Below are positions 17,458 to 24,781 of a DNA stretch of 32,000 bases, piece by piece. The position numbers and the translations under genes are program-made. Source of the stretch: an uncultured Flavobacterium sp. GTDB lineage: Bacteria > Bacteroidota > Bacteroidia > Flavobacteriales > Flavobacteriaceae. The stretch spans positions 74,877 through 106,876 of the forward strand of contig NZ_CAWUIC010000005.1 in assembly GCF_963922255.1 (NCBI RefSeq), written 5' to 3'. The notes beneath the pieces were generated by a model. That model was not told where the DNA came from, did no database searches, and worked only from the letters and a program-made list of their open reading frames with translations. Within the stretch, counting starts at the first letter, position 1. Each line of letters opens with the position of its first letter.

Positions 17458-17634
17458 TTATTTATTGAATTTTTTGTTGAACTTGCTTCTGAAAAAAAAC
17501 ATGAACAACGCAGCACCACCTAACAAAAGGCTTAGCAAAACGCTTTCTCCATTTTGATACTTTACAAGAGCATCATAAAGAAAAAATAATGTAAATATTA
17601 AATAAACGTAATGAAAATATTTTAGAAAACTCAT
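17458..17634 (-). CDS. Unannotated 58-aa two-helix membrane micro-protein
   Basis: Hand translation: MSFLKYFHYVYLIFTLFFLYDALVKYQNGESVLLSLLLGGAALFMFFFRSKFNKKFNK, then TAA. ATG at 17634, two hydrophobic stretches and a basic tail. There is a -7 box 14 nt upstream, and the stop lies 22 nt before the CNNM start. It is below the ORF-track length cut-off. Confidence 0.45.
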   Translation of the reverse strand: MSFLKYFHYVYLIFTLFFLYDALVKYQNGESVLLSLLLGGAALFMFFFRSKFNKKFNK

Positions 17635-17648
17635 GGTTGTATTTTTAT

Positions 17649-17656
17649 CAAAAGTA
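17649..17656 (-). promoter_or_regulatory. -7 box TActTTTG for the micro-protein/CNNM unit
   Basis: Plus-strand caaaagta is the reverse complement of TACTTTTG. It lies between the lptC stop (17684) and the small-ORF ATG (17634). Confidence 0.5.
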
Positions 17657-17683
17657 TAAATTTTATAAATAACTACACTATCT

Positions 17684-18241
17684 TTAGTCTATATTATTTA
17701 CTTCACCATTACTTTTCTGCATGTTGAAAATTGTAAAGTCTTTACTAAAATCAACTCCTGGACCTTGAAGAAAACCACCTTGACCATCTGAATATTTGAA
17801 ATGTTTTTCGGTAAAAAACCATTCGTTTTTTTGGTCATAGTATAATTGAGAAGTTTCTAGAATTTTATTATCAAAGGAAGTGATTTTTACATTTCCTTGT
17901 AAATCTATAAGGTTTGTTTTTTTATATGACACTGCATAATCAGCATCTACATAACTTTTGTTTTCCTTATCATCATAAATAGTGACTTTTACACCTTTAG
18001 GAAATTCTGTATAAGGATTTTCAAGCGTACCATAATCAATCATTTTTGGACTCACTAAGATAGCCTTGACTCTTCCAGAATCTGTGTATACTAAATTAAT
18101 AGTATCAGCTTGACCTGTTGGAGTAAATTTTTTTTGATTTAATTTTTGAACTTCTTTAAAATTACTTTCACATGAAAAAAACATAGCCACAGCAAAAACT
18201 GTGACTATGTAAGTGATTATATTTTTGAAATTCTTAATCAT
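17684..18241 (-). CDS. lptC: LptC-like LPS export periplasmic protein (lipoprotein-anchored)
   Basis: 185 aa. Lipobox AMFFSC, an all-beta-type sequence, and size and synteny (coaX...lptC, CNNM, ppiD) matching what I recall for Flavobacteriaceae. The start shares one nucleotide with the upstream stop (TAATG). Confidence 0.55.
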   Translation of the reverse strand: MIKNFKNIITYIVTVFAVAMFFSCESNFKEVQKLNQKKFTPTGQADTINLVYTDSGRVKAILVSPKMIDYGTLENPYTEFPKGVKVTIYDDKENKSYVDADYAVSYKKTNLIDLQGNVKITSFDNKILETSQLYYDQKNEWFFTEKHFKYSDGQGGFLQGPGVDFSKDFTIFNMQKSNGEVNNID

Positions 18242-19614
18242 TATCTGCCTAAGTTCGGAACAGTAATAGATTCACCAATCCAACAATTAAATGATATTGT
18301 TTGACCAGCTTTACCTTCGTTAAAAATATCTGTTTTTGAAGGAGCACTTGCATTATATGAAGCTGCTTGTCTTGAAGCTGTTGCTTTTAATGCTGGATCA
18401 ACTGCTGCTGCTTTATTAGCATATTGAGCACATAACCAATAAACAGCTCTTTTTTCAAATGGTGTTTTACCACAATCATTAGCACTTGAAGCATATAATT
18501 GAGCTATTAACATATAAGCCTGACCAAAAGATGGCTTAGCAGCTAATGCTTTTTTAGCATAAGTACGAGCTTGTGTTTTGTTTCCTGTTCCGTACATTGT
18601 TGCAATTTTGTAATATACTTTTGCTTTTTTAGTAGCATCTGTAAATAATTGTGCAGATTGATTAAAATACTCTAAAGCTTTAGTTGTGTTTTTAGCTCTT
18701 TGAGCAGCAACTCCTAATAAATAAGCTGATTCAGCTGTTGGGTTTAATTTGTGTAATTGCTCCGATATTTTAGTAAATAAAGGATCAGAATCACAATCTT
18801 TAGACTCTAAACGTTCAGCTGCTCTTTTTAACCAAAGTACATCTGTTTTCTTTTCTTCAAATGTTTTTTGGTAGAAAGGAATAAGTTTTTCACATGTTGA
18901 AAGCAATACAATCTTTGCATCCATACTACTTTTAACTGTGCTAAACTGTTCTAAATTATATTCGTTTCTTTCTTTAAGTCTTGTTTCTTTATCTGAAAGT
19001 TCTTCTTGAGCTTCAATTTTATTTAATAAAACATCTAATTCATCAGAAAGACCTTTTTCTTCTAATTCTAATTTCTCAGTGATTTCATCATATTTATCGA
19101 ATACTTGTTGTAATTCAATTCCTTTTTTTTCTGCTTCATAATCATCAACGAATAATTCAAAATAAGTATACAATGCTCTCGCTGAAGTAAAACTTTCTGG
19201 CTCAGTTTTAAAAGCTGTATCCAAATAACCATAAACTTCATCTTTAGTTCCCATTTTATGATCTAGAAGCAATAATGCTTTTTTTACTGAATTACCTGCT
19301 CCATTACCTGGGTAGTATTTATCATGCTCTCCATATAAAACAACTAAATCTTTAACGAAAGCTTCTTTGTCTGCCACAATTTGTGCGTTGTCAATTTTAT
19401 CTTTTAAAATAAACTCTCCATAAATGTAAATTGCTTTGTGATAAGAAGGACATGTCTTTCTCATGTTTTGCAAATATGGATATGCATCATTGTAGTCTTT
19501 TGATTTACTGAACTGAACTAGGTACTGAATATCTTCAGCGCATTTGTCATTAGACTGAGCATTAGTTAAAAAACTAAATGCAATTAATAATACCAATGTT
19601 AATTTCGTCTTCAT
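18241..19614 (-). CDS. Secreted TPR-like repeat protein, function unknown
   Basis: 457 aa from the ATG at 19614 (MKTKLTLVLLIAFSFLTNAQ signal peptide). The ORF-track start at 19665 would overlap the upstream gene. Helical-repeat segments such as KVYYKIATMYGTGNKTQARTYAKKALAAKPSFGQAYMLIAQLY, and several Cys residues. Confidence 0.7.
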   Translation of the reverse strand: MKTKLTLVLLIAFSFLTNAQSNDKCAEDIQYLVQFSKSKDYNDAYPYLQNMRKTCPSYHKAIYIYGEFILKDKIDNAQIVADKEAFVKDLVVLYGEHDKYYPGNGAGNSVKKALLLLDHKMGTKDEVYGYLDTAFKTEPESFTSARALYTYFELFVDDYEAEKKGIELQQVFDKYDEITEKLELEEKGLSDELDVLLNKIEAQEELSDKETRLKERNEYNLEQFSTVKSSMDAKIVLLSTCEKLIPFYQKTFEEKKTDVLWLKRAAERLESKDCDSDPLFTKISEQLHKLNPTAESAYLLGVAAQRAKNTTKALEYFNQSAQLFTDATKKAKVYYKIATMYGTGNKTQARTYAKKALAAKPSFGQAYMLIAQLYASSANDCGKTPFEKRAVYWLCAQYANKAAAVDPALKATASRQAASYNASAPSKTDIFNEGKAGQTISFNCWIGESITVPNLGR

Positions 19615-19630
19615 TTTGTAAAAATTTGTA

Positions 19631-20887
19631 TTAATCATATTTTCTTTTTTCGAACCATAAATCATTTAAAGATAAACCAATGTTTAAACTAAAATAATTT
19701 TCTTCTATTAAATTATTGTAAACAGTTCCCTTTTTCCCGTATTCAAATCCTACGTTTATATTAGAGAATCTTCCACCTACTGGTAAACCTAGACCAAAAT
19801 TTATGCCATAATCATTAATCTCTTTAGAATTAACTATTAATCCTGTGTTTTCATATCTAAATCCAGCTCTGTAGTTTACTCTGCTCCAGTAACTTGAAAA
19901 CGAATTGTATTTAGGAATAAAATACCCACCAACTATAATTTTTTGTGAATCCTCATAAAAAGAATTTCTAACTTCATTAAACCTATTAACTAAATCACTA
20001 TTCTTCGTATTTATATATTCAACGCCAACAAACCACTTTTTAGTATTTCCTATACCTGCTCCAACACTAAATTTAGAAGGAATAACTAATTTATTATCAT
20101 CAATAACAACATCTCTTTCGTCATTAACTACTTGTGTTCCATTTGAATAATTATAAATTGTAGAAATATTTCTTGAATTTTCAGAATTCAATTTAGCTTC
20201 TGGTGCATATCCAAAAGTTGTAGTAAATAATAAATCATTATTTATGTTTCGACTATACAACAATGACATGTTTGAAGAAACACCACTTACACGTGATTCA
20301 TTAATTTCTTTTGTTCCCAATATTGAATTAGAACTGATTATAAATGACTCTGTTTGAATGGTTCCAAAATTATATTGAAAATCCACACCAAAACTTAAAT
20401 TATCAGAAAAACTATATGCTGCACCCGCAAAAACTCTATTTACACCTCCTTCACCCGTGTAGTCTTTGTTTGTTGTAACACCTGCACTATTAGTAGATTC
20501 ATTTTGAATTTTATAACCTACTGAAGAAAATGGCATTACTCCAAAAGTTGCTCCAAATTTCCCTAAAGGAAGTCCAACTGCCAAATAGTCTATTGAGGTT
20601 CTTTGAGCTGTTTCTCTTTTCTCTTCATTTGAAAGGTTACTAAGAGTAGTTGTTCCACCAACAACAAAATTTGTTATTTTTAATCTTGAATAAGTTGCTG
20701 GGTTTAATAAATTCAGATGAATTGAATCGTAAGCTATTCCTAATCCCCCCATGGATCTAGCATCATGAGTTCCTTTGAATTTAATATCTCCTAAGCCATA
20801 GAAAGAATAAGGTGAAGATGTGCCCTCTTGAGCCGAAATAGCTATTGTAGCTAGAAAAGTTAATGCAAGAAATAATTTCTTTATCAT
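19631..20887 (-). CDS. Outer-membrane beta-barrel protein (FadL/PorV-like N-terminal motif; putative porin), function unknown
   Basis: 418 aa. Signal peptide ending ISAQ and alternating beta-strand pattern throughout. N-terminal SPYSFYGLGD...DARSMGGLGIAYD...LLNPATYS, aromatic-rich C-terminal strands. ATGA overlap with the coaX stop. Confidence 0.6.
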   Translation of the reverse strand: MIKKLFLALTFLATIAISAQEGTSSPYSFYGLGDIKFKGTHDARSMGGLGIAYDSIHLNLLNPATYSRLKITNFVVGGTTTLSNLSNEEKRETAQRTSIDYLAVGLPLGKFGATFGVMPFSSVGYKIQNESTNSAGVTTNKDYTGEGGVNRVFAGAAYSFSDNLSFGVDFQYNFGTIQTESFIISSNSILGTKEINESRVSGVSSNMSLLYSRNINNDLLFTTTFGYAPEAKLNSENSRNISTIYNYSNGTQVVNDERDVVIDDNKLVIPSKFSVGAGIGNTKKWFVGVEYINTKNSDLVNRFNEVRNSFYEDSQKIIVGGYFIPKYNSFSSYWSRVNYRAGFRYENTGLIVNSKEINDYGINFGLGLPVGGRFSNINVGFEYGKKGTVYNNLIEENYFSLNIGLSLNDLWFEKRKYD

Positions 20888-21612
20888 TGTATGTTATATT
20901 GATATAATAAGTTCAAACTTTCCAGTAAGAAATTTGAATTGGCAAATATGGGGTTTTTTAATCTTTTAGCCAAAAAAAGTGCATCACCACCTGTTAAAAT
21001 TATTGTTAAATATTTCTTTTCTCTTAAATAATCGTTAATAAAACCTTCAATTTCATACAAAACTCCGTTGACCACACCAGAATGAATAGATTGACTAGTT
21101 GAATCTCCTATTAAATTACTAGGTTCTTCTAACTCAAGTTTTGGTAATTTTGCGGTATAATGGTTTAATGCTTTATACCTCATTTCTATTCCAGGTGAAA
21201 TTGAGCCTCCAAAATAGTTTTTATGCTCATCTACAAAATCATAGGTTATGCATGAACCTGCATCAATGATTAAGCAATTTTGATTTGGGAATTTCAATAC
21301 TGCTCCAGAAACTAAAACTTTTCTATCCATTCCTAAAGTAGAAGGTGTAGCGTATTTATTTTCAAATGGAAAACTGCTTTCATGCGTAAGAATATATAAT
21401 TCTGTTTCGCTTTTAAGCAACGAAATAACCTTATCTGATACATTTGAAACGCTAGAAAGTATTGTTTTATTACTTTTTGATTTTTTTTTGAAAATTTTTT
21501 TTAATCCTTCTAATAAATTTTCATGTGTAAAATCTTTTTTTAAAATCAAGTTATCTTGCTCAAATACAGCTACTTTAATTTTTGTATTTCCAACGTCAAT
21601 TGCTATAATCAT
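20884..21612 (-). CDS. coaX: Type III pantothenate kinase
   Basis: 242 aa. MIIAIDVGNTKIKVAVF, LGMDR, LIIDAGSCITYD, ILTGGDA. Confidence 0.9.
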   Translation of the reverse strand: MIIAIDVGNTKIKVAVFEQDNLILKKDFTHENLLEGLKKIFKKKSKSNKTILSSVSNVSDKVISLLKSETELYILTHESSFPFENKYATPSTLGMDRKVLVSGAVLKFPNQNCLIIDAGSCITYDFVDEHKNYFGGSISPGIEMRYKALNHYTAKLPKLELEEPSNLIGDSTSQSIHSGVVNGVLYEIEGFINDYLREKKYLTIILTGGDALFLAKRLKNPIFANSNFLLESLNLLYQYNIQ

Positions 21613-21630
21613 TTTTATAATTTAAAAGTT

Positions 21631-21638
21631 CAAAGATA
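21631..21638 (-). promoter_or_regulatory. -7 box TAtcTTTG for the coaX operon
   Basis: Plus-strand caaagata, 18 nt upstream of the coaX ATG (21612). Confidence 0.55.
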
Positions 21639-21663
21639 CAAATTGATTTTTTTTAATAATTGT

Positions 21664-21694
21664 TTTGTATAAATTAAAAATCATTCTATATTTG
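21664..21694 (+). promoter_or_regulatory. Full Bacteroidota sigma-A type promoter (TTTG-N19-TAtaTTTG) for tRNA-Phe
   Basis: TTTG at 21664-21667, an exactly 19-nt spacer, then TATATTTG at 21687-21694. The mature tRNA 5' end is 16 nt downstream. Confidence 0.7.
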
Positions 21695-21710
21695 CACTCG
21701 CTAACCGCAA

Positions 21711-21783
<73 letters not shown>

Positions 21784-21790
21784 CTTACAA

Positions 21791-21830
21791 CCCTTGATTT
21801 CTTTACGAATTCGAGGGTTTTTTGTTTTTT
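21791..21830 (+). terminator. Intrinsic terminator after tRNA-Phe
   Basis: cccttga (21791-21797) pairs with tcgaggg (21811-21817) with one G-U pair, extendable by two A-T pairs. It is followed by ttttttgtttttt. Confidence 0.7.
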
Positions 21831-21881
21831 AAGGTTTTAGGTTTAAAATAATTCATACATTTATTGTTGATAATAAATATA

Positions 21882-23444
21882 ATGAATAAATCTAAAAAAC
21901 TTCTTTTTTTTGTTTTAGGAATAGTTCTATTCTTAGGCTTCTTAAACTTCGCTGTTAATATTTGGGTGGAATCAAAACTTCCTCAACTCATTAACAATGA
22001 AAACAATACAGATTACAATATCACATACAAAGACGTTGACTTATCAATTTGGAATTCAAGAATTATTGCTCATGATGTATCGATTATTCCGAAAACAAGC
22101 TTGAAAAATTCTGATAAAAAAATTGGCCTTTATGGAAATGTTGAGCTAATTGAAGTAAATGAATTTGATATTTGGAGTGTTTTATTTGGTAAAAAAATCA
22201 AGGCTAACAATTTAGTTATTTCAAAACCAAGCATAGTTTTATATAAAAACAACGAAAACGCAATTAATAATTACAACAATATAAACTCTAAAGTTTTTAA
22301 ACCTTTTGAGAAAATAATTCTAGTTACAGACTTACATCTTAACGAAGGTCAATTTAAAATTTTAGATATTGAAAATAATCAAACTTTAGTTAATGCTCAT
22401 AATATCAATTTTAAATTAGAAGGAATTGTCTTAAATGAAACTACGTTAAATCAAAAAATCCCAATTAATTATTCTAAATATTCTTTTTCCTGCGATAGCT
22501 TATTTTATAAACTTGATGAATTCTATGAATTAAAAAGCAAGAAGTTTTTAGCAACAGAAAAAGGACTAAACATTGATAATTTTAAATTAATTCCTAAATG
22601 TTCTCGTGAAGAATTTGTCCGAAAAACACCTAAGGAAAAGGATTTGTACACCATTTTAGCAGAAAAAATTTCTATAAACAAAATGGATTGGGGTTTTAAA
22701 AAGAATGTGTTTTTCTTTAAAACAAATTCTGTAATTTTAGATAAAGTTAATGCAAATATTTATAGGGGAAAAATGCCTGTTGATGATTTGTCAAAGAAAG
22801 AACTATACACCAATTTACTACGAAATTTAAAAGCTGACATCAAAGTTGATACACTTTTAATTAAGGATTCATTCTTGACTTATGAAGAAGAAAAAACTTT
22901 TGAAAAAGGTCCAGGAAAATTATTTTTCAATGATTTTAACATGTTGGTAAACAATATCGAAAGTGGTTACAAAAAAACCGAACTTCCAGATGTAAAAATA
23001 AAGATTAATTGCAATTTCATGAAAAAATCACCTTTAAATGTGGATTGGTCTTTCAATGTTTTGGATAGAACAGAAGGTTTTAAAATTGCTGGCTCTATCT
23101 ATAAATTTGATGCAGAAGAATTAGATGAATTCATAAAACCGTATATGAATGTTAAAGTTAAAGGTATTTTAGATGAAGTTTATTTCAATTTTACTGGAAA
23201 TGATGTAGTTAATAAAGGTAAGTTTTCTTTAAAATATGATGATCTAAAAGTTGAAATTTATCAAAATGATAAAAGATTAAAAAAGAATAAATTTTTGTCA
23301 GCTATTGGGAATTTATTTGTAAAAAACGATTCTAATGAAGAACTAAAAACCACTGAAATCGAAGTAGAACGCAATCAGGAAAAGTCTTTTTATAACTTTC
23401 TTTGGATAAGTTTAGCTGATGGTTTAAAACAGGTTTTAATCTAA
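21882..23444 (+). CDS. N-terminally membrane-anchored hypothetical envelope protein (possibly AsmA/DUF748-like)
   Basis: 520 aa from the ATG at 21882 (MNKSKKLLFFVLGIVLFLGFLNF). The ORF-track start at 21864 is a TTG. A single N-terminal TM helix is followed by a long beta-rich region with recurring hydrophobic-alternating segments. The family assignment is a guess. Confidence 0.55.
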   Translation: MNKSKKLLFFVLGIVLFLGFLNFAVNIWVESKLPQLINNENNTDYNITYKDVDLSIWNSRIIAHDVSIIPKTSLKNSDKKIGLYGNVELIEVNEFDIWSVLFGKKIKANNLVISKPSIVLYKNNENAINNYNNINSKVFKPFEKIILVTDLHLNEGQFKILDIENNQTLVNAHNINFKLEGIVLNETTLNQKIPINYSKYSFSCDSLFYKLDEFYELKSKKFLATEKGLNIDNFKLIPKCSREEFVRKTPKEKDLYTILAEKISINKMDWGFKKNVFFFKTNSVILDKVNANIYRGKMPVDDLSKKELYTNLLRNLKADIKVDTLLIKDSFLTYEEEKTFEKGPGKLFFNDFNMLVNNIESGYKKTELPDVKIKINCNFMKKSPLNVDWSFNVLDRTEGFKIAGSIYKFDAEELDEFIKPYMNVKVKGILDEVYFNFTGNDVVNKGKFSLKYDDLKVEIYQNDKRLKKNKFLSAIGNLFVKNDSNEELKTTEIEVERNQEKSFYNFLWISLADGLKQVLI

Positions 23445-23445
23445 A

Positions 23446-23808
23446 TTATCCGTGATATACTCTTGATTTTATAATTTTTCCATCTTTAATTTCTAAAACT
23501 TCAGCCACTAACATATCTTCTTCTCCTTCCACTTTTCTAACATATTCCATGAAAACTCTGTCTGAATTTGCTGTCAAAGAAGTTAATTCATATTTTAATG
23601 TTGGTAATCTATCAAATGCATCTTGCCACCAAACTCGCATTGCTTCAATTCCAATTACGAAACCATTAGTTTCTGGTTGACGAATTTTTAGTTTTGGACT
23701 AAAATGCTGTGCATCGTTTTCGTATAACGATAATAATTTTTCTAATTGCTTATTATTAAAGGCTTCAAACCAACGAAAAGCAATTGACTGTAAAGATTCT
23801 GGTGTCAT
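23446..23808 (-). CDS. NTF2-like (SnoaL-type) small protein
   Basis: 120 aa. Size and pattern (FRWFEAFNNKQLEKLLSLYENDAQHFSP...VLEIKDGKIIKSRVY) are typical of the SnoaL/NTF2 fold. Confidence 0.65.
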   Translation of the reverse strand: MTPESLQSIAFRWFEAFNNKQLEKLLSLYENDAQHFSPKLKIRQPETNGFVIGIEAMRVWWQDAFDRLPTLKYELTSLTANSDRVFMEYVRKVEGEEDMLVAEVLEIKDGKIIKSRVYHG

Positions 23809-23817
23809 ATATGGATT

Positions 23818-23842
23818 AAAAAATCCCGAAATTTTCGGGATT
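23818..23842 (-). terminator. Intrinsic terminator after rluB
   Basis: aatcccgaa (23822-23830) and ttcgggatt (23834-23842) form a 9-bp perfect stem with a 3-nt loop. On the minus strand it is followed by TTTTTT. Confidence 0.7.
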
Positions 23843-23847
23843 GAGTT

Positions 23848-24753
23848 TTAGATATTTTTGATATTTATAATTTCTTGTTCTGTCAAGAAACGATAATTTC
23901 CTCTTGGTAAATTCTTTTTGGTCAAACCTGCAAAAGTGACTCTGTCTAATTTAATAACATCATATTTTAAGTATTCGAATATTTTTCTAATTACCTTTAT
24001 ATTAGCTGTTTTCATTTTGATACCAATTTCACTTTTTGGCTGATTTTCAATATAACTTACTTCCTCCACATAAACTCTGTGGTTTTCAATTGTTAATCCT
24101 GAAGTTATTTTTTCTAAATCTTCAAAACGTAAATTCTTATCTAAAGTAACTTGATATAACTTACTTGTTTTTTGATTAGGTTCTGTAAATTTTCGGATAA
24201 CATCTGTGTCATTAGTAAATAACAATAAACCTGTAGTTGTTTTATCCATTCTTCCGACAGGTTGAATTTTTGCTTTTGTAGCTCCACGAACTAAATCTAA
24301 AACACTTGGTGCGTTTTTATCATCATCACCAGCAGTTGAAAAGTTTTTAGGTTTGTTTAATAAGATATATTCTTTTTTCTCAGGATTTAATCTTGCTCCA
24401 TCAAAAACAACCTCATCGTTTAATTTTACTTTGTAACCCATTTCAGTTACAACAATGCCATTTACTTTTACATTACCACTTTGGATGTAAATATCAGCAT
24501 CTCTTCTACTACAAACACCTGAGTTTGAAATATATTTATTCAAACGCATTTCATCAGGATTCTTTGGAGTTTTAGGTGCTTGGTTTGGTTTTTTCTCTGC
24601 CTTAATTTCAGGTTTTGAATCTGGTTTTACTTTTGAACTTGCCTTCTTACGAATTGGTGCATTTCCTCTAGAAGTACTCGGCTTTTTTGCTCCACCTTGT
24701 CTTGAAGAAGTTCCTTTTTTCTTATCGTTATTATTTCCTTGATGACGCGTCAT
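23848..24753 (-). CDS. rluB: RluB/RsuA-family pseudouridine synthase with a Lys/Pro-rich N-terminal tail
   Basis: 301 aa. About 70 aa of basic low-complexity N-terminus, an S4 domain (MRLNKYISNSGVCSRRDADIYIQSGNVKVNG) and the catalytic motif VGRMDKTTTGLLLFTND. Confidence 0.85.
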   Translation of the reverse strand: MTRHQGNNNDKKKGTSSRQGGAKKPSTSRGNAPIRKKASSKVKPDSKPEIKAEKKPNQAPKTPKNPDEMRLNKYISNSGVCSRRDADIYIQSGNVKVNGIVVTEMGYKVKLNDEVVFDGARLNPEKKEYILLNKPKNFSTAGDDDKNAPSVLDLVRGATKAKIQPVGRMDKTTTGLLLFTNDTDVIRKFTEPNQKTSKLYQVTLDKNLRFEDLEKITSGLTIENHRVYVEEVSYIENQPKSEIGIKMKTANIKVIRKIFEYLKYDVIKLDRVTFAGLTKKNLPRGNYRFLTEQEIINIKNI

Positions 24754-24770
24754 TTTATTCTAATTTTTTG

Positions 24771-24778
24771 CAAAGATA
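24771..24778 (-). promoter_or_regulatory. -7 box TAtcTTTG for rluB
   Basis: Plus-strand caaagata, 17 nt upstream of the ATG at 24753 and 3 nt downstream of the UbiA-family stop (24782). Confidence 0.55.
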
Positions 24779-24781
24779 TAA

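Noticed and set aside
16164-18241. Reading the CBS/CorC-type gene and the 185-aa lipoprotein as the gliding-motility pair gldE/gldD
   Set aside because: As I recall the Flavobacterium johnsoniae locus, gldE lies upstream of gldD and next to ssb and mutY. Here the 185-aa gene is upstream of the CBS gene, and the neighbours are coaX, a TPR protein and ppiD. That is the context I associate with lptC and the non-gliding CNNM paralogue. The question still deserves an HMM check, hence the moderate confidence on lptC.
19615-19665. Longer ORF-track N-termini (TPR protein 19665, MK 26741, MVD 27771, GDPD 31033, hypothetical 21864)
   Set aside because: Each extension overlaps the upstream gene or a promoter box, or uses TTG when an ATG with a better context follows. 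The shorter forms begin with a typical signal peptide or a family-typical N-terminus.
21481-21502. T9 and T8 homopolymer tracts inside coaX as a phase-variation switch
   Set aside because: They encode a Lys-rich loop (KKIFKKKSKSNK) in an essential CoA-biosynthesis gene. Such A/T runs are frequent throughout this AT-rich window, and nothing suggests contingency-locus behaviour.
24393-24575. 60-aa plus-strand ORF inside rluB
   Set aside because: It is antisense to the S4 and catalytic region of the pseudouridine synthase, and its His/Leu/Gln-rich sequence looks like nonsense.
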